Below are positions 9,510 through 17,304 of a DNA stretch of 64,000 nt, in pieces. Origin of the DNA: a virus. Position 1 is the first letter of the stretch. Every line of letters starts with the position of its first letter. Location of the stretch: the IMG/VR virus record IMGVR_UViG_3300025127_000009, positions 96,001-160,000 of that record, one strand, 5' to 3'. The notes under the pieces were generated by a model, which saw nothing but the letters and a program-made list of their open reading frames with translations, was not told the origin of the DNA and searched no databases. Both the position numbers and the translations under genes were made by a program.

Positions 9510-9865
9510 TTTTTCTTCCTCTTGGATTTACTTTGTTTAACGTTTTTAGCCTTACCCCTACGATTTGGGTTTGGATCTTCCTTTCTTTTCTTTTTGGCCC
9601 TCTTATCTCTTTCTTTTTTGCTTAATCGTGCGCGATCATCTGGATCTCTGCAATAAGGTTTTGTTTTCTGGCCAGGTTGTTTAGCACAAGGTTTACCGTC
9701 GTATTTACCGCCTGCCTGGACCCATCCACCACCTTTAAACCAGTCTCTGAGGGAATATCCCTTACTTTTAGCGCCTTTGCCGTCTCTTCTGCCGCCCTTG
9801 CGCTTCTTTTCAAGATATAATTTAATTTCTTCCTTGATGATCTCTTCTATCTCTAAATCAATCAT
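9506..9865 (-). CDS. Highly basic putative virion/DNA-binding protein
   Basis: Acidic leader 'LEIEEIIKEEIKLYLE' then K/R-rich body with 'SLRDWF..WV..KPC..KPYC'. Confidence 0.7.
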   Translation of the reverse strand: MIDLEIEEIIKEEIKLYLEKKRKGGRRDGKGAKSKGYSLRDWFKGGGWVQAGGKYDGKPCAKQPGQKTKPYCRDPDDRARLSKKERDKRAKKKRKEDPNPNRRGKAKNVKQSKSKRKKK

Positions 9866-10719
9866 TTCTTTTTCCTCATACGCTGGGTTTTCTTTTTCGA
9901 AGCCTCTTTTCTTTTTTTAGCATAATCATATGCTCTTTTTAATCTTGCTTTTACCTTTGGATCCTTGGCTCTTTTATATGCTGCACGAACACGTTGATGT
10001 ACAAGATTAATTATTTGTGATTGTCTTTTATGGGACTTACTCTTAAAACTAGCCTTAGAAAAGGTATCTCTGATATCAGAAACAGAACTAAATTTAACAC
10101 TTACAGTATCTTTTGGATTTTCATCTGTATAAAGTCTTCTGCTAGAACCTTTTGGCTTTTTACCTGTCCCTTTTTTAGGATCTTTGCCTTCTTCTGCTTT
10201 TACACAATTTCTATATGTGCGACCAAACATTTTTTTTGTTTTTCTGGTTGGGTGCGTTTTATAACCCTTTTGGCAACGTTCCGCTACTTTTTTAGCGGTA
10301 GCAGTAGAAATAGCGTATCGCTTCTCATCTGGCATATCAGGGTTATCTCTTTTCAATGCCGCAGCAATTTCTTTTTTCTTTTTATATTCAGGTTTGCTTA
10401 GTTTTCTTTCTTTGAAATTTTTTTTTTCGTTTCCGGGGGTGGCATCTTCATTTGTTTTTTTGGATTTGTTTCCCCAATTTTTCGCGCCAACTTTTCTGCA
10501 CTTTACGAGTGCACCGGAGGCATATGCGCTAGGCCACACAGCATAACGCGATTTTACCTTGTGATAGCAAGCATCACGCTTGCCTGTCTTTTTCTTCTTC
10601 TTTTTCTTTTTGCGCTTCTTTTCTTGGAGAAATTCTTCGATTTCTTCGGTGATGATTTCGTCAAGATCCCCGGCGAAGCCGTCCAAAATTTTGCGCCAAT
10701 TTTTTGTTGTAGTGTCCAT
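9862..10719 (-). CDS. Basic multi-module W-leader protein
   Basis: MDTTTKNWRKIL; modules 'DACYHKVKSRYAVWPSAYASGALVKCRK', 'CQKGY..NCVK', 'RRLYTDENPKDTV' separated by Glu. Confidence 0.75.
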   Translation of the reverse strand: MDTTTKNWRKILDGFAGDLDEIITEEIEEFLQEKKRKKKKKKKKTGKRDACYHKVKSRYAVWPSAYASGALVKCRKVGAKNWGNKSKKTNEDATPGNEKKNFKERKLSKPEYKKKKEIAAALKRDNPDMPDEKRYAISTATAKKVAERCQKGYKTHPTRKTKKMFGRTYRNCVKAEEGKDPKKGTGKKPKGSSRRLYTDENPKDTVSVKFSSVSDIRDTFSKASFKSKSHKRQSQIINLVHQRVRAAYKRAKDPKVKARLKRAYDYAKKRKEASKKKTQRMRKKK

Positions 10720-10760
10720 ACTCTATAAATAGTATGTTTTGCGAGAAAAAGAAATAACAA

Positions 10761-11189
10761 CTACAGGTCTAAAAAGTAAAAGGCTATTTCTTTGACGCCT
10801 ACATACCAGCCATCATCTCCGTTAGGATAAGATATAAGCATTGTAGGATAGGTTTCTACCCCTACTAACCAGGCTAAATGAGAAGCCCACTTATCTTCGG
10901 CATTAACCCAGACAACTTTGTCATCTAAGCCTCTATGTTTGATAAATTTTTCTAATTGTTTGCAGGGACCACACCAGGGGGTAGTAAATATGACTCTAAC
11001 GGGATTCTCCTTATCGGAGAGCAACCGATCTAGTTCATGTTCACTAACGTATTTGCCTCCAGCCCGATGAACTACCTCACCATCGTAGGCTACAGAGATT
11101 TCGGCTTTTCTTTTTTGTACAGGCCCACCACAGGCCACAACTAACGATAACATAAAGAATCCAATTAAAGCGTATAGAACGTACCTCAT
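10761..11189 (-). CDS. Thioredoxin-fold lipoprotein
   Basis: Lipobox 'LVVAC'; active site WCGPC; GGAGG RBS. Confidence 0.8.
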   Translation of the reverse strand: MRYVLYALIGFFMLSLVVACGGPVQKRKAEISVAYDGEVVHRAGGKYVSEHELDRLLSDKENPVRVIFTTPWCGPCKQLEKFIKHRGLDDKVVWVNAEDKWASHLAWLVGVETYPTMLISYPNGDDGWYVGVKEIAFYFLDL

Positions 11190-11262
11190 AATAACTACCT
11201 CCTAGAGGTAACTATCGGGCAAAGGTAGGATAATGTAGGATATTATTAAACGCGGATATTTT

Positions 11263-11592
11263 TTATCGCTGAGAAATGCGATCAATTGCGAATCGGCCAA
11301 CGACCGCATCGGGCGCGGAGGCTTTATCGCGAGTTTGGATAGCGAACATTTCCCCGTCATGGGAGACCCTGAGAGGATCCCTTCCTCGCATTGGATCGTA
11401 ATCGGCCTTTATACCTTGGCCTTGAAGCGCATCGGCTAGATCGCTTAGTTTACGTATCTCATCTCTATACCCCTGGCGGACCATATTCCTCAACACTTTC
11501 ATCAGATCCGGGGCAAGTTCATCGCCTTCTTGCAGGCTTGTGTCCTCTACTTCATTAACAAACTTTTTCCACTCTTCAAGAATCTTTTTCAT
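11263..11592 (-). CDS. W-leader hypothetical protein
   Basis: Start moved to MKKILEEWKKFVNE. Confidence 0.65.
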   Translation of the reverse strand: MKKILEEWKKFVNEVEDTSLQEGDELAPDLMKVLRNMVRQGYRDEIRKLSDLADALQGQGIKADYDPMRGRDPLRVSHDGEMFAIQTRDKASAPDAVVGRFAIDRISQR

Positions 11593-11767
11593 TGCTGGAA
11601 TTCTCCTTTCCAAAATTATTTAGATAGTTTTCTAACGCCTTCTGGATTTTACCCTCAATCACAATGTGGTGTTCTTCGCTAATCATATCGATCATCTCTG
11701 TGCGATTTCTGGCTGCTTCCCAAGGCGTTAATTTGTTGGCATCTAACCCAACGCAAATTATGCACAT
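11576..11767 (-). CDS. Small hypothetical protein (MCIIC...)
   Basis: ATG lies 1 nt after the stop of the Cys-rich peptide. Confidence 0.55.
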   Translation of the reverse strand: MCIICVGLDANKLTPWEAARNRTEMIDMISEEHHIVIEGKIQKALENYLNNFGKENSSNEKDS

Positions 11768-11768
11768 T

Positions 11769-11864
11769 TTAGCAACACCCAGCCTCGCATGCGCAACATC
11801 CACAACAACAGCAACAGTGCTTAGCATCAAACAACTTAACTAATTTGTGTAGTAATCTCTTCAT
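11769..11864 (-). CDS. 31-aa Cys-rich micropeptide MKRLLHKLVKLFDAKHCCCCCGCCACEAGCC
   Basis: Hand-translated; AGGAG RBS 9 nt upstream; next ORF starts 1 nt after its stop. Confidence 0.7.
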   Translation of the reverse strand: MKRLLHKLVKLFDAKHCCCCCGCCACEAGCC

Positions 11865-11977
11865 CTTTAAAATCTCCTAAAATTTTTCTGGGTGTTTTTT
11901 AGTACACATTTTAAATAGTTTTGCTTATCCCTTATATCTCGGAATTTTCTTAGCCGCATCGTAAACGTCCTTAGCCG

Positions 11978-12037
11978 GCGCGGACGGGGTGTCTGCGCTG
12001 CTAGGGCCTAGTATGCCGGGGGGAGGGGGAGGGGGGG
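11978..12037. other. GC hairpin plus G-tract (G6-A-G5-A-G7 on + strand)
   Basis: GCGCGGAC/GTCTGCGC stem at 11978-11998, CTAG-ggc-CTAG at 12001-12011, G runs at 12018-12037. Confidence 0.8.
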
Positions 12038-12039
12038 TG

Positions 12040-12252
12040 TCAATCAGCGTTTACATGAAACGCCGCCAAAGTATCATAAATGATATCAACATCAACCGGG
12101 GCGTCTGCGTCATTCTCCAGGTCTAACAGTACATCCAACTCTAACTCTTCATCGTCGAGGATATCGGTGATAGTGATATCACCGTCAACAATGCGGGCGA
12201 ACTTAGGAGCGGCGACATTAGCGGCTACAGGGCAAGAGGGGAACAACATCAT
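12040..12252 (-). CDS. Small acidic hypothetical protein
   Basis: 'tctggag' RBS shared with the next gene upstream. Confidence 0.5.
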   Translation of the reverse strand: MMLFPSCPVAANVAAPKFARIVDGDITITDILDDEELELDVLLDLENDADAPVDVDIIYDTLAAFHVNAD

Positions 12253-12279
12253 AATAAACTCCAGATTAATAAAAAACTT

Positions 12280-12657
12280 TTAACAGGCGATGTCTATAGA
12301 AAGGGTCGGATCATCAGCGATGGCCTGAGCGAATGCCTTAAGGTCTAACGAATCATTCGCACACACCCACGCTTTGGATCCCCATGTATCAAGCGACTTA
12401 ATATTGTATTGGTAAAATAACTGTGCATGAAATCGCTTGGCAAGCGCTTTGGTGCTCATGTCAACGCCTGAATTCTTATGCCTGGCCAGATAGCGGTAAC
12501 CATCAACCCACCGCGCACCAAGGCGGTTAACCCGTGCGCACCAAATCGGGCTGTCTTCCAAGCGCTTGAATACTTCATTCCTGGTCTTGCTAGTCTGCCA
12601 AATCTTGATAAATTCAATTGCCTCTCTCTGAACTTCGCAACGAAAGTAAACGGCCAT
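12280..12657 (-). CDS. Hypothetical early protein
   Basis: Start moved to MAVYF (GGAG RBS). Confidence 0.55.
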   Translation of the reverse strand: MAVYFRCEVQREAIEFIKIWQTSKTRNEVFKRLEDSPIWCARVNRLGARWVDGYRYLARHKNSGVDMSTKALAKRFHAQLFYQYNIKSLDTWGSKAWVCANDSLDLKAFAQAIADDPTLSIDIAC

Positions 12658-12673
12658 GATAGACTCCAGACTA

Positions 12674-12709
12674 ATAAAAAAAAATAATGGGGGGACATTG
12701 CGTCCCCCC
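12674..12709 (-). terminator. Rho-independent terminator
   Basis: GGGGGGAC-5nt-GTCCCCCC stem followed by a T run on the minus strand. Confidence 0.8.
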
Positions 12710-12733
12710 GTTGAAGGGCTCACCGGGCGGTGA

Positions 12734-13084
12734 TTAACTAGGGAATAGGTCGGCGGCTGGCTTCTTTGCTTTCGCCTTGCTTCCCTTAGTGGCGGGGGTG
12801 GAATTCTTAGCCTTCGGAGCCTTGCGGGTCAACTGGGCCTCATTGGCATTAATAAAGTTTTGAATGGTGCCGTCTTCTACCATTGCAATGATCTTTTCCC
12901 ACTGGCCAGCGTAAAGGGTGACGGGCATTCGCTGGAGACCATAAACAGAGATCGCCCCCTTCTGAGATACCTTGAGGCGCGCAAGTCCTTTGGTCTTCTC
13001 TTTAAGCGCTTTCAATTCATTCTGCATTGCTTCTAGTTCAGCGATACGGGCGAAAAGGGCTTGATTTGTATTCTCGTTAGCCAT
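12734..13084 (-). CDS. Conserved small protein (LKVSQKGAISVYGL.R.PVTLY motif) with basic tail
   Basis: Start at MANEN (GGAGG RBS); motif resembles a small bacterial conserved family from memory; possibly nucleic-acid binding. Confidence 0.6.
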   Translation of the reverse strand: MANENTNQALFARIAELEAMQNELKALKEKTKGLARLKVSQKGAISVYGLQRMPVTLYAGQWEKIIAMVEDGTIQNFINANEAQLTRKAPKAKNSTPATKGSKAKAKKPAADLFPS

Positions 13085-13156
13085 TGATGGCCTCCATTCA
13101 ATTATGGCCGCGTAGGGCCGGGTTAAGTTACTGTGACAACCGTTAGTCACATTCTA

Positions 13157-13184
13157 ATAATAGCAGATAATTGGTCGCGGTCAA
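13157..13184 (-). promoter_or_regulatory. sigma70-like promoter TTGACC-16-TATTAT
   Basis: Read directly; TGn extended -10. Confidence 0.7.
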
Positions 13185-13222
13185 GTACTTTTAAAAGAAA
13201 AATTAATTTTTTTTTGTTTCGC

Positions 13223-13241
13223 AATGATTACAGGATCTTAG
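13223..13241 (-). repeat. 19-bp upstream box, copy 1
   Basis: + strand aatgattacaggatcttag; 38 nt upstream of -35. Confidence 0.65.
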
Positions 13242-13244
13242 AAT

Positions 13245-13466
13245 TCACGATTCAAGTTCCTTTTCTAAATCGGTGTCGTTAAAGACTGCCACGATTAGCC
13301 CGTTAAGATCCTCTAATTCTTGCTTGGCATGTACACTCAATCGGGACAGTCCAGGCCGTGACCCTTCCAAGGTCTCTTGGCGCTGATGGGTGAAGTCTTG
13401 CACGACCTCACGCAATAGGGCCAACTGAAATGAATTGAGCAGTACACTATGAAGCGAATGATTCAT
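13245..13466 (-). CDS. Hypothetical early protein
   Basis: AAAGGTG RBS before MNHSL. Confidence 0.55.
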   Translation of the reverse strand: MNHSLHSVLLNSFQLALLREVVQDFTHQRQETLEGSRPGLSRLSVHAKQELEDLNGLIVAVFNDTDLEKELES

Positions 13467-13509
13467 ATGGGTTTCACCTTTCAAGTTGTTTTGCCTCGCT
13501 GACTTTCAA

Positions 13510-13538
13510 AGTATCGCAAAACTAAAAACGAATTGCAA
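13510..13538 (-). promoter_or_regulatory. sigma70-like promoter TTGCAA-17-GATACT
   Basis: Read directly; TGC extended -10; same -10 as at 14499. Confidence 0.65.
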
Positions 13539-13566
13539 ATAAAAATTTAATAAATCGTAAAACCGC

Positions 13567-13585
13567 AATGATTCCAAGTACTTAG
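13567..13585 (-). repeat. 19-bp upstream box, copy 2
   Basis: aatgattccaagtacttag; 28 nt upstream of -35; contains the upstream gene's stop. Confidence 0.75.
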
Positions 13586-13836
13586 ACTTTCCATTTAATC
13601 TTCTCTAACCATTTAGGCTCGCAATTATTAGCCAATAAGAGGAAACGGGCCGCCTTGGCCTTACCCTCTGCTAGGGTGTCCGCTTCCCCTGTCCATTCTA
13701 GGTCGTCCGTAGTCCCTACGACTATCGAGTAGTGATCATCCCGAATGCGCTTGATTAGCGCTAAGCGCTGGCATTCATCCCTTGTTAGCCATTCCGCACC
13801 CCATGTTTCATCGTCGTAGCGTTCCCATTCTAACAT
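13582..13836 (-). CDS. Hypothetical early protein
   Basis: Probable start MLEWERY. Confidence 0.5.
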   Translation of the reverse strand: MLEWERYDDETWGAEWLTRDECQRLALIKRIRDDHYSIVVGTTDDLEWTGEADTLAEGKAKAARFLLLANNCEPKWLEKIKWKV

Positions 13837-13900
13837 TCGGTCATTCCCCGTTAATATATTGACGATAAAAAGGGTTAGAAAACTAACGTGCATCCCCTAG

Positions 13901-13960
13901 ATACACCCCATAACACTCATATACACTCTATGCCACTATAAAACACTTTATACCACATAT
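13901..13960. repeat. Six degenerate 10-bp tandem units with phased CAC
   Basis: atacacccca/taacactcat/atacactcta/tgccactata/aaacacttta/taccacatat. Confidence 0.7.
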
Positions 13961-14274
13961 GCGTATGAGCGTAACCCTAACCACTACTCAGCAAAAATGC
14001 TATCGCTTCTTAGTCCTAACCCAACTATTAGAAACGCTCTTTTTTCTGCTCTTATACTTTGCCATAGTTAACCCTTTATTACAAGTAAAAAATGCAAGGG
14101 GAATCTTTTTTTATCTTTACCCCTTATCGGATAACTCTATAGCGCTTGAGATTTTTTGCCTGCATTCTTGCCTATAAAGATTTTCCTCTGTTCTGTTTTT
14201 TCTCTCTTTTTTCTAGGGACCATCACGAATCATTTTTTCCTCCTACGCGAGAGATTTTTCTGTAATCATTCCAG

Positions 14275-14457
14275 TTACATACACGGGCGAGAGATTTTTT
14301 TGTGCTCTCCTAATCTCACAAACTCTACCTTCTCATGCGGGTGGGTGCCTGAGAGATTTTTCTGTAACCATTCCCATCTATCGTGCAACTGTTCTCTATC
14401 TGATGAGATTCGCATGTACTGTTTCTCGCCTATCTTGAACACTAATTCGTACAGCAT
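14275..14457 (-). CDS. Small hypothetical early protein
   Basis: Directly downstream of promoter 14499-14527. Confidence 0.5.
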   Translation of the reverse strand: MLYELVFKIGEKQYMRISSDREQLHDRWEWLQKNLSGTHPHEKVEFVRLGEHKKISRPCM

Positions 14458-14498
14458 TGGTTACCCTTTTTTATTTTTCTTACCTCGCCGACTTTTAA

Positions 14499-14527
14499 AG
14501 TATCGCAAATTCCAAAATTGAATGCAA
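14499..14527 (-). promoter_or_regulatory. sigma70-like promoter TTGCAT-17-GATACT
   Basis: Read directly. Confidence 0.65.
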
Positions 14528-14554
14528 GAAATATTTTAACTTTCTTTTTTGTCC

Positions 14555-14573
14555 AATGATTTCAATTATTTAG
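14555..14573 (-). repeat. 19-bp upstream box, copy 3
   Basis: aatgatttcaattatttag; 27 nt upstream of -35; contains stop of 14562-14825. Confidence 0.75.
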
Positions 14574-14825
14574 CAGTCCAGAAAACTTTGGGTGACCCTG
14601 TGCCTTGAGCGTATGGACAGAATCAACCACTGCAAAGCATACCTTCTTATCTGTTATCCTTTCATTCTCATAATTGTGCAAAGCGATCAAGGTTTGCAGC
14701 GCCCCATCACTATCGCTTGCCGCTTTCTGTACTGCAGTGTACATATCAAGCGCAGCCTCATGATCTCCGCTTGCATACAGTGTTAGCAACTCGTCACCAT
14801 ACTGATTCACGTTTATGTCTACCAT
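14562..14825 (-). CDS. Hypothetical early protein
   Basis: Overlapping, co-oriented operon. Confidence 0.55.
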   Translation of the reverse strand: MVDINVNQYGDELLTLYASGDHEAALDMYTAVQKAASDSDGALQTLIALHNYENERITDKKVCFAVVDSVHTLKAQGHPKFSGLLNN

Positions 14826-15049
14826 TCCATCTCCCTACAAACTTCCTGAAAAAAACTATCTGGATAGCCATTGTAGTTATATAATCGGCAAGTCGTCCCG
14901 TGATCAAAACCATCTAACTGGCCACCGTCGCCACCATTGGCCATATCGATATATTGTCTCTTGACTTCCCTTAACATGGAAGCGCTGGCCATTGATCCAT
15001 GTGCTTGCATCTCCCTGTAATGCTTGACTATTTGATCAACCGTTTGCAT
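14819..15049 (-). CDS. Hypothetical early protein
   Basis: AAGGA RBS. Confidence 0.55.
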   Translation of the reverse strand: MQTVDQIVKHYREMQAHGSMASASMLREVKRQYIDMANGGDGGQLDGFDHGTTCRLYNYNGYPDSFFQEVCREMEW

Positions 15050-15052
15050 TTC

Positions 15053-15343
15053 TTATCCCTTCCTCATGTTATGTAGGAAAGCGCCGTCATCTACGAAATC
15101 GGCATGCATGCGAGCATACCCTACATGTTTGCTGGTGGTCATAGACTGAAACCCATAATTTGTACCGCTAGTGTAATCACGCGCTATCTTTTGGCCGTGC
15201 TCATTAGTGGTGCCAATAAGCAAACTATAACTGTATAAATTCTGGCCATCGGTGCTAAACTGGCCCGTGCTATTTGCCGCGCCCTGATTCATCGCCCAAT
15301 TACCGGCAACGCTTCGTGTATCTGTTTTAAAGATTCTAGACAT
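15053..15343 (-). CDS. Hypothetical early protein
   Basis: Start moved to MSRIFK (GGAG RBS). Confidence 0.55.
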   Translation of the reverse strand: MSRIFKTDTRSVAGNWAMNQGAANSTGQFSTDGQNLYSYSLLIGTTNEHGQKIARDYTSGTNYGFQSMTTSKHVGYARMHADFVDDGAFLHNMRKG

Positions 15344-15569
15344 ATTCATTCTCCATATCCTCAATTGCGGTTTCACGTAGGCTTTCTGTACTCTCGTTAT
15401 CATAACATGCAAAGCCGCGCAATTCAAGATGATTAATCAATTCCTTGCGATTCATGCTCTTTATGCCTTGCCATGATGTCTCTATGAAAGTACCCTTACG
15501 GGTTTCTAAAATACTTTTCACTGGTGTTTTCTCCCTATTCATTCTGATAATCGTTGCTAGATCCCACAT
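15336..15569 (-). CDS. Hypothetical early protein
   Basis: Probable start MWDLAT. Confidence 0.5.
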   Translation of the reverse strand: MWDLATIIRMNREKTPVKSILETRKGTFIETSWQGIKSMNRKELINHLELRGFACYDNESTESLRETAIEDMENEYV

Positions 15570-15571
15570 GA

Positions 15572-15895
15572 TTAATACTCGGCTCCAATCTTTCTTGTTG
15601 CGTGTATGAGATCTTCCTTGCATATGTTAGTCACGTTAATGAATAACCTTATACCTGCGGACTCGCTACCTCCTACCGTATTGCTCCGGATAAACCGTAG
15701 TTCATGCCACAAATCAACCGCTGCCTGGTAGTTCTCACTAGACACGAACGCTTGAATTTGCCTTGTACACATATCAGTCAGAATAGGCATATTCTTTTGT
15801 TTTTCATATATCTCGTCTAGTCTCTCAAGTAAATCGCGCTCTTCATTCATTTTGGCTAACCTTTGCTCGTTCATCTTGTATACATTAAAGCACAT
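15572..15895 (-). CDS. Hypothetical early protein
   Basis: Downstream of promoter 15884-15912; true start probably slightly internal. Confidence 0.5.
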   Translation of the reverse strand: MCFNVYKMNEQRLAKMNEERDLLERLDEIYEKQKNMPILTDMCTRQIQAFVSSENYQAAVDLWHELRFIRSNTVGGSESAGIRLFINVTNICKEDLIHATRKIGAEY

Positions 15896-15912
15896 AAAAA
15901 AAATTGGCGCAA
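15884..15912 (-). promoter_or_regulatory. sigma70-like promoter TTGCGC-17-TTTAAT
   Basis: TGC extended -10. Confidence 0.5.
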
Positions 15913-15940
15913 GAAAAAAATCGCGAAATCGTAAATCGCG

Positions 15941-15959
15941 AATAAAATCAATTACTTAT
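15941..15959 (-). repeat. 19-bp upstream box, copy 4
   Basis: aataaaatcaattacttat; 28 nt upstream of -35; contains stop of the upstream ORF. Confidence 0.65.
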
Positions 15960-16146
15960 CAACCAAACGTAACACCCTTCTATCAATAGTCTTATACTTT
16001 CCTGATATGTGCATGCATTCCCAATAGCCATCAATAACCGTAGAGGGCTTGACCACCAAATAGAGATCATTGGCCCGCTCTTTCTTAGTGCGTCCCGGTA
16101 CTGATTCTAATACCCTGACAAATGCACCTGGTTTGATCTCATCCAT
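15952..16146 (-). CDS. KOW/SH3-like mini-protein (IKPGAFVRV)
   Basis: Start MDEIKPG; family resemblance to the MKxGDLV array. Confidence 0.55.
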   Translation of the reverse strand: MDEIKPGAFVRVLESVPGRTKKERANDLYLVVKPSTVIDGYWECMHISGKYKTIDRRVLRLVDK

Positions 16147-16405
16147 TATTCTTACCTTTCGCCGGGAAATACTGTAGTCTACCCTGTGCAACCGCATTTG
16201 TCAACTTAATTGCACTATCACACTTCTTAGTGTAACGCACCGTGCCACCTAGTGGCTTCTCTAAATGCCATTCTGGGCTCATCAAGACATAATCAACCAA
16301 TTGAAGCGCTGGCCCATTATCCGTATTAGTAACTAAACCCCATGCCCTATGTGGACCAAAGTAGAACATGTCCCCTACTTTATACTTATTAACTGCCATT
16401 GTCAA
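16139..16405 (-). CDS. KOW/SH3-like mini-protein (YKVGDMFY)
   Basis: N-terminal KVGD motif. Confidence 0.55.
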   Translation of the reverse strand: MTMAVNKYKVGDMFYFGPHRAWGLVTNTDNGPALQLVDYVLMSPEWHLEKPLGGTVRYTKKCDSAIKLTNAVAQGRLQYFPAKGKNNG

Positions 16406-16408
16406 CCC

Positions 16409-16705
16409 CTACCAACACTGATGGTCAATAATACAATCACCGAATGACCACCGGACCTCTGCTAGTGTCCAGCAACCAGGACGACGAAACACTCTATCAG
16501 GATCGCATACCTCCACTAGATGGTGACTATCAGGACAGTCAATATCAGTCTGCCCGTAGTCAAAATCACGAGGACTACAACCGTCGTAAGAGTAGACCAC
16601 ATGGCTTGATACCGTTGTACGTCTCCGAGGCGGATTGTATTCCTCTTCTACTGTAAGAGCACACCCAGTGCTTAAGAGCGCTGCAATCGTCAATAACTTA
16701 ATCAT
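16409..16705 (-). CDS. Cys-rich lipoprotein
   Basis: Start MIKLLTIAALLSTGC (lipobox); GAGG RBS. Confidence 0.65.
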   Translation of the reverse strand: MIKLLTIAALLSTGCALTVEEEYNPPRRRTTVSSHVVYSYDGCSPRDFDYGQTDIDCPDSHHLVEVCDPDRVFRRPGCWTLAEVRWSFGDCIIDHQCW

Positions 16706-16735
16706 GCTTTCCTCGTTTTCCTCACCAACAATTGC

Positions 16736-16765
16736 ATTATAGCGCGAAAAAAAATCAAAAGTCAA
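16736..16765 (-). promoter_or_regulatory. sigma70-like promoter TTGACT-18-TATAAT
   Basis: Read directly. Confidence 0.7.
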
Positions 16766-16780
16766 ATAAAAAATTTTCTT

Positions 16781-16799
16781 AATGATTTCAAGAACTTAG
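16781..16799 (-). repeat. 19-bp upstream box, copy 5
   Basis: aatgatttcaagaacttag; abuts the tRNA-Lys 3' end; 15 nt upstream of -35. Confidence 0.75.
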
Positions 16800-16872
16800 T
16801 GGGTCACCCCGGACTCGAACCGGGAACCAGCGGATTAAAAGTCCGATGCGCTACCAATTGCGCCAGTGACCC
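16800..16872 (-). tRNA. tRNA-Lys(UUU), CCA not encoded
   Basis: Cloverleaf GGGTCAC..GTGACCC-A; anticodon loop CTTTTAA; TTCGAGT T-loop. Confidence 0.95.
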
Positions 16873-17043
16873 TAAAGAGGTGGTTTTATTATATGTAGCC
16901 GCATAGCGAGACCACCTAAACTCGCCGGAGGTAACCTTTAAAAACTACTCTGAATTAGAGCGACCATACGATGAAACCCATTTACCATACCTGTTAATCC
17001 TATCAGATCCCCCAATAAAAAGCAACCAATACCTATTAAAATT

Positions 17044-17304
17044 TTATCCATCGCGATTGTCATCCCTTAATGGCACTAACTCCCTGATAACACTCCTCAA
17101 ATCGTTAGCAATAAACCATTTATCATAATCAAAAACATCTACCATGTTATAAACGGCGCGTTCAAAAGAAAGCCTACGGTTTAAAACATCCTCCGCTTTA
17201 CCCCTTAAATCCTTTTCATACCTGTAGCCCTCTGCTAATATCTCCTCTTTATTCCTTAGAATATCCTCAAGACTATCTTGAAAGGTCATATTACCCCTTC
17301 CCAT
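17044..17304 (-). CDS. Hypothetical protein
   Basis: Follows the vWA gene; probable start at 17289. Confidence 0.55.
   Translation of the reverse strand: MGRGNMTFQDSLEDILRNKEEILAEGYRYEKDLRGKAEDVLNRRLSFERAVYNMVDVFDYDKWFIANDLRSVIRELVPLRDDNRDG

Noticed and set aside
14249-14374. 24-bp near-duplicate (gagagatttttctgtaa(t/c)cattcc) and short ORF remnants
   Set aside because: Only two copies; looks like local duplication or gene decay, not an array
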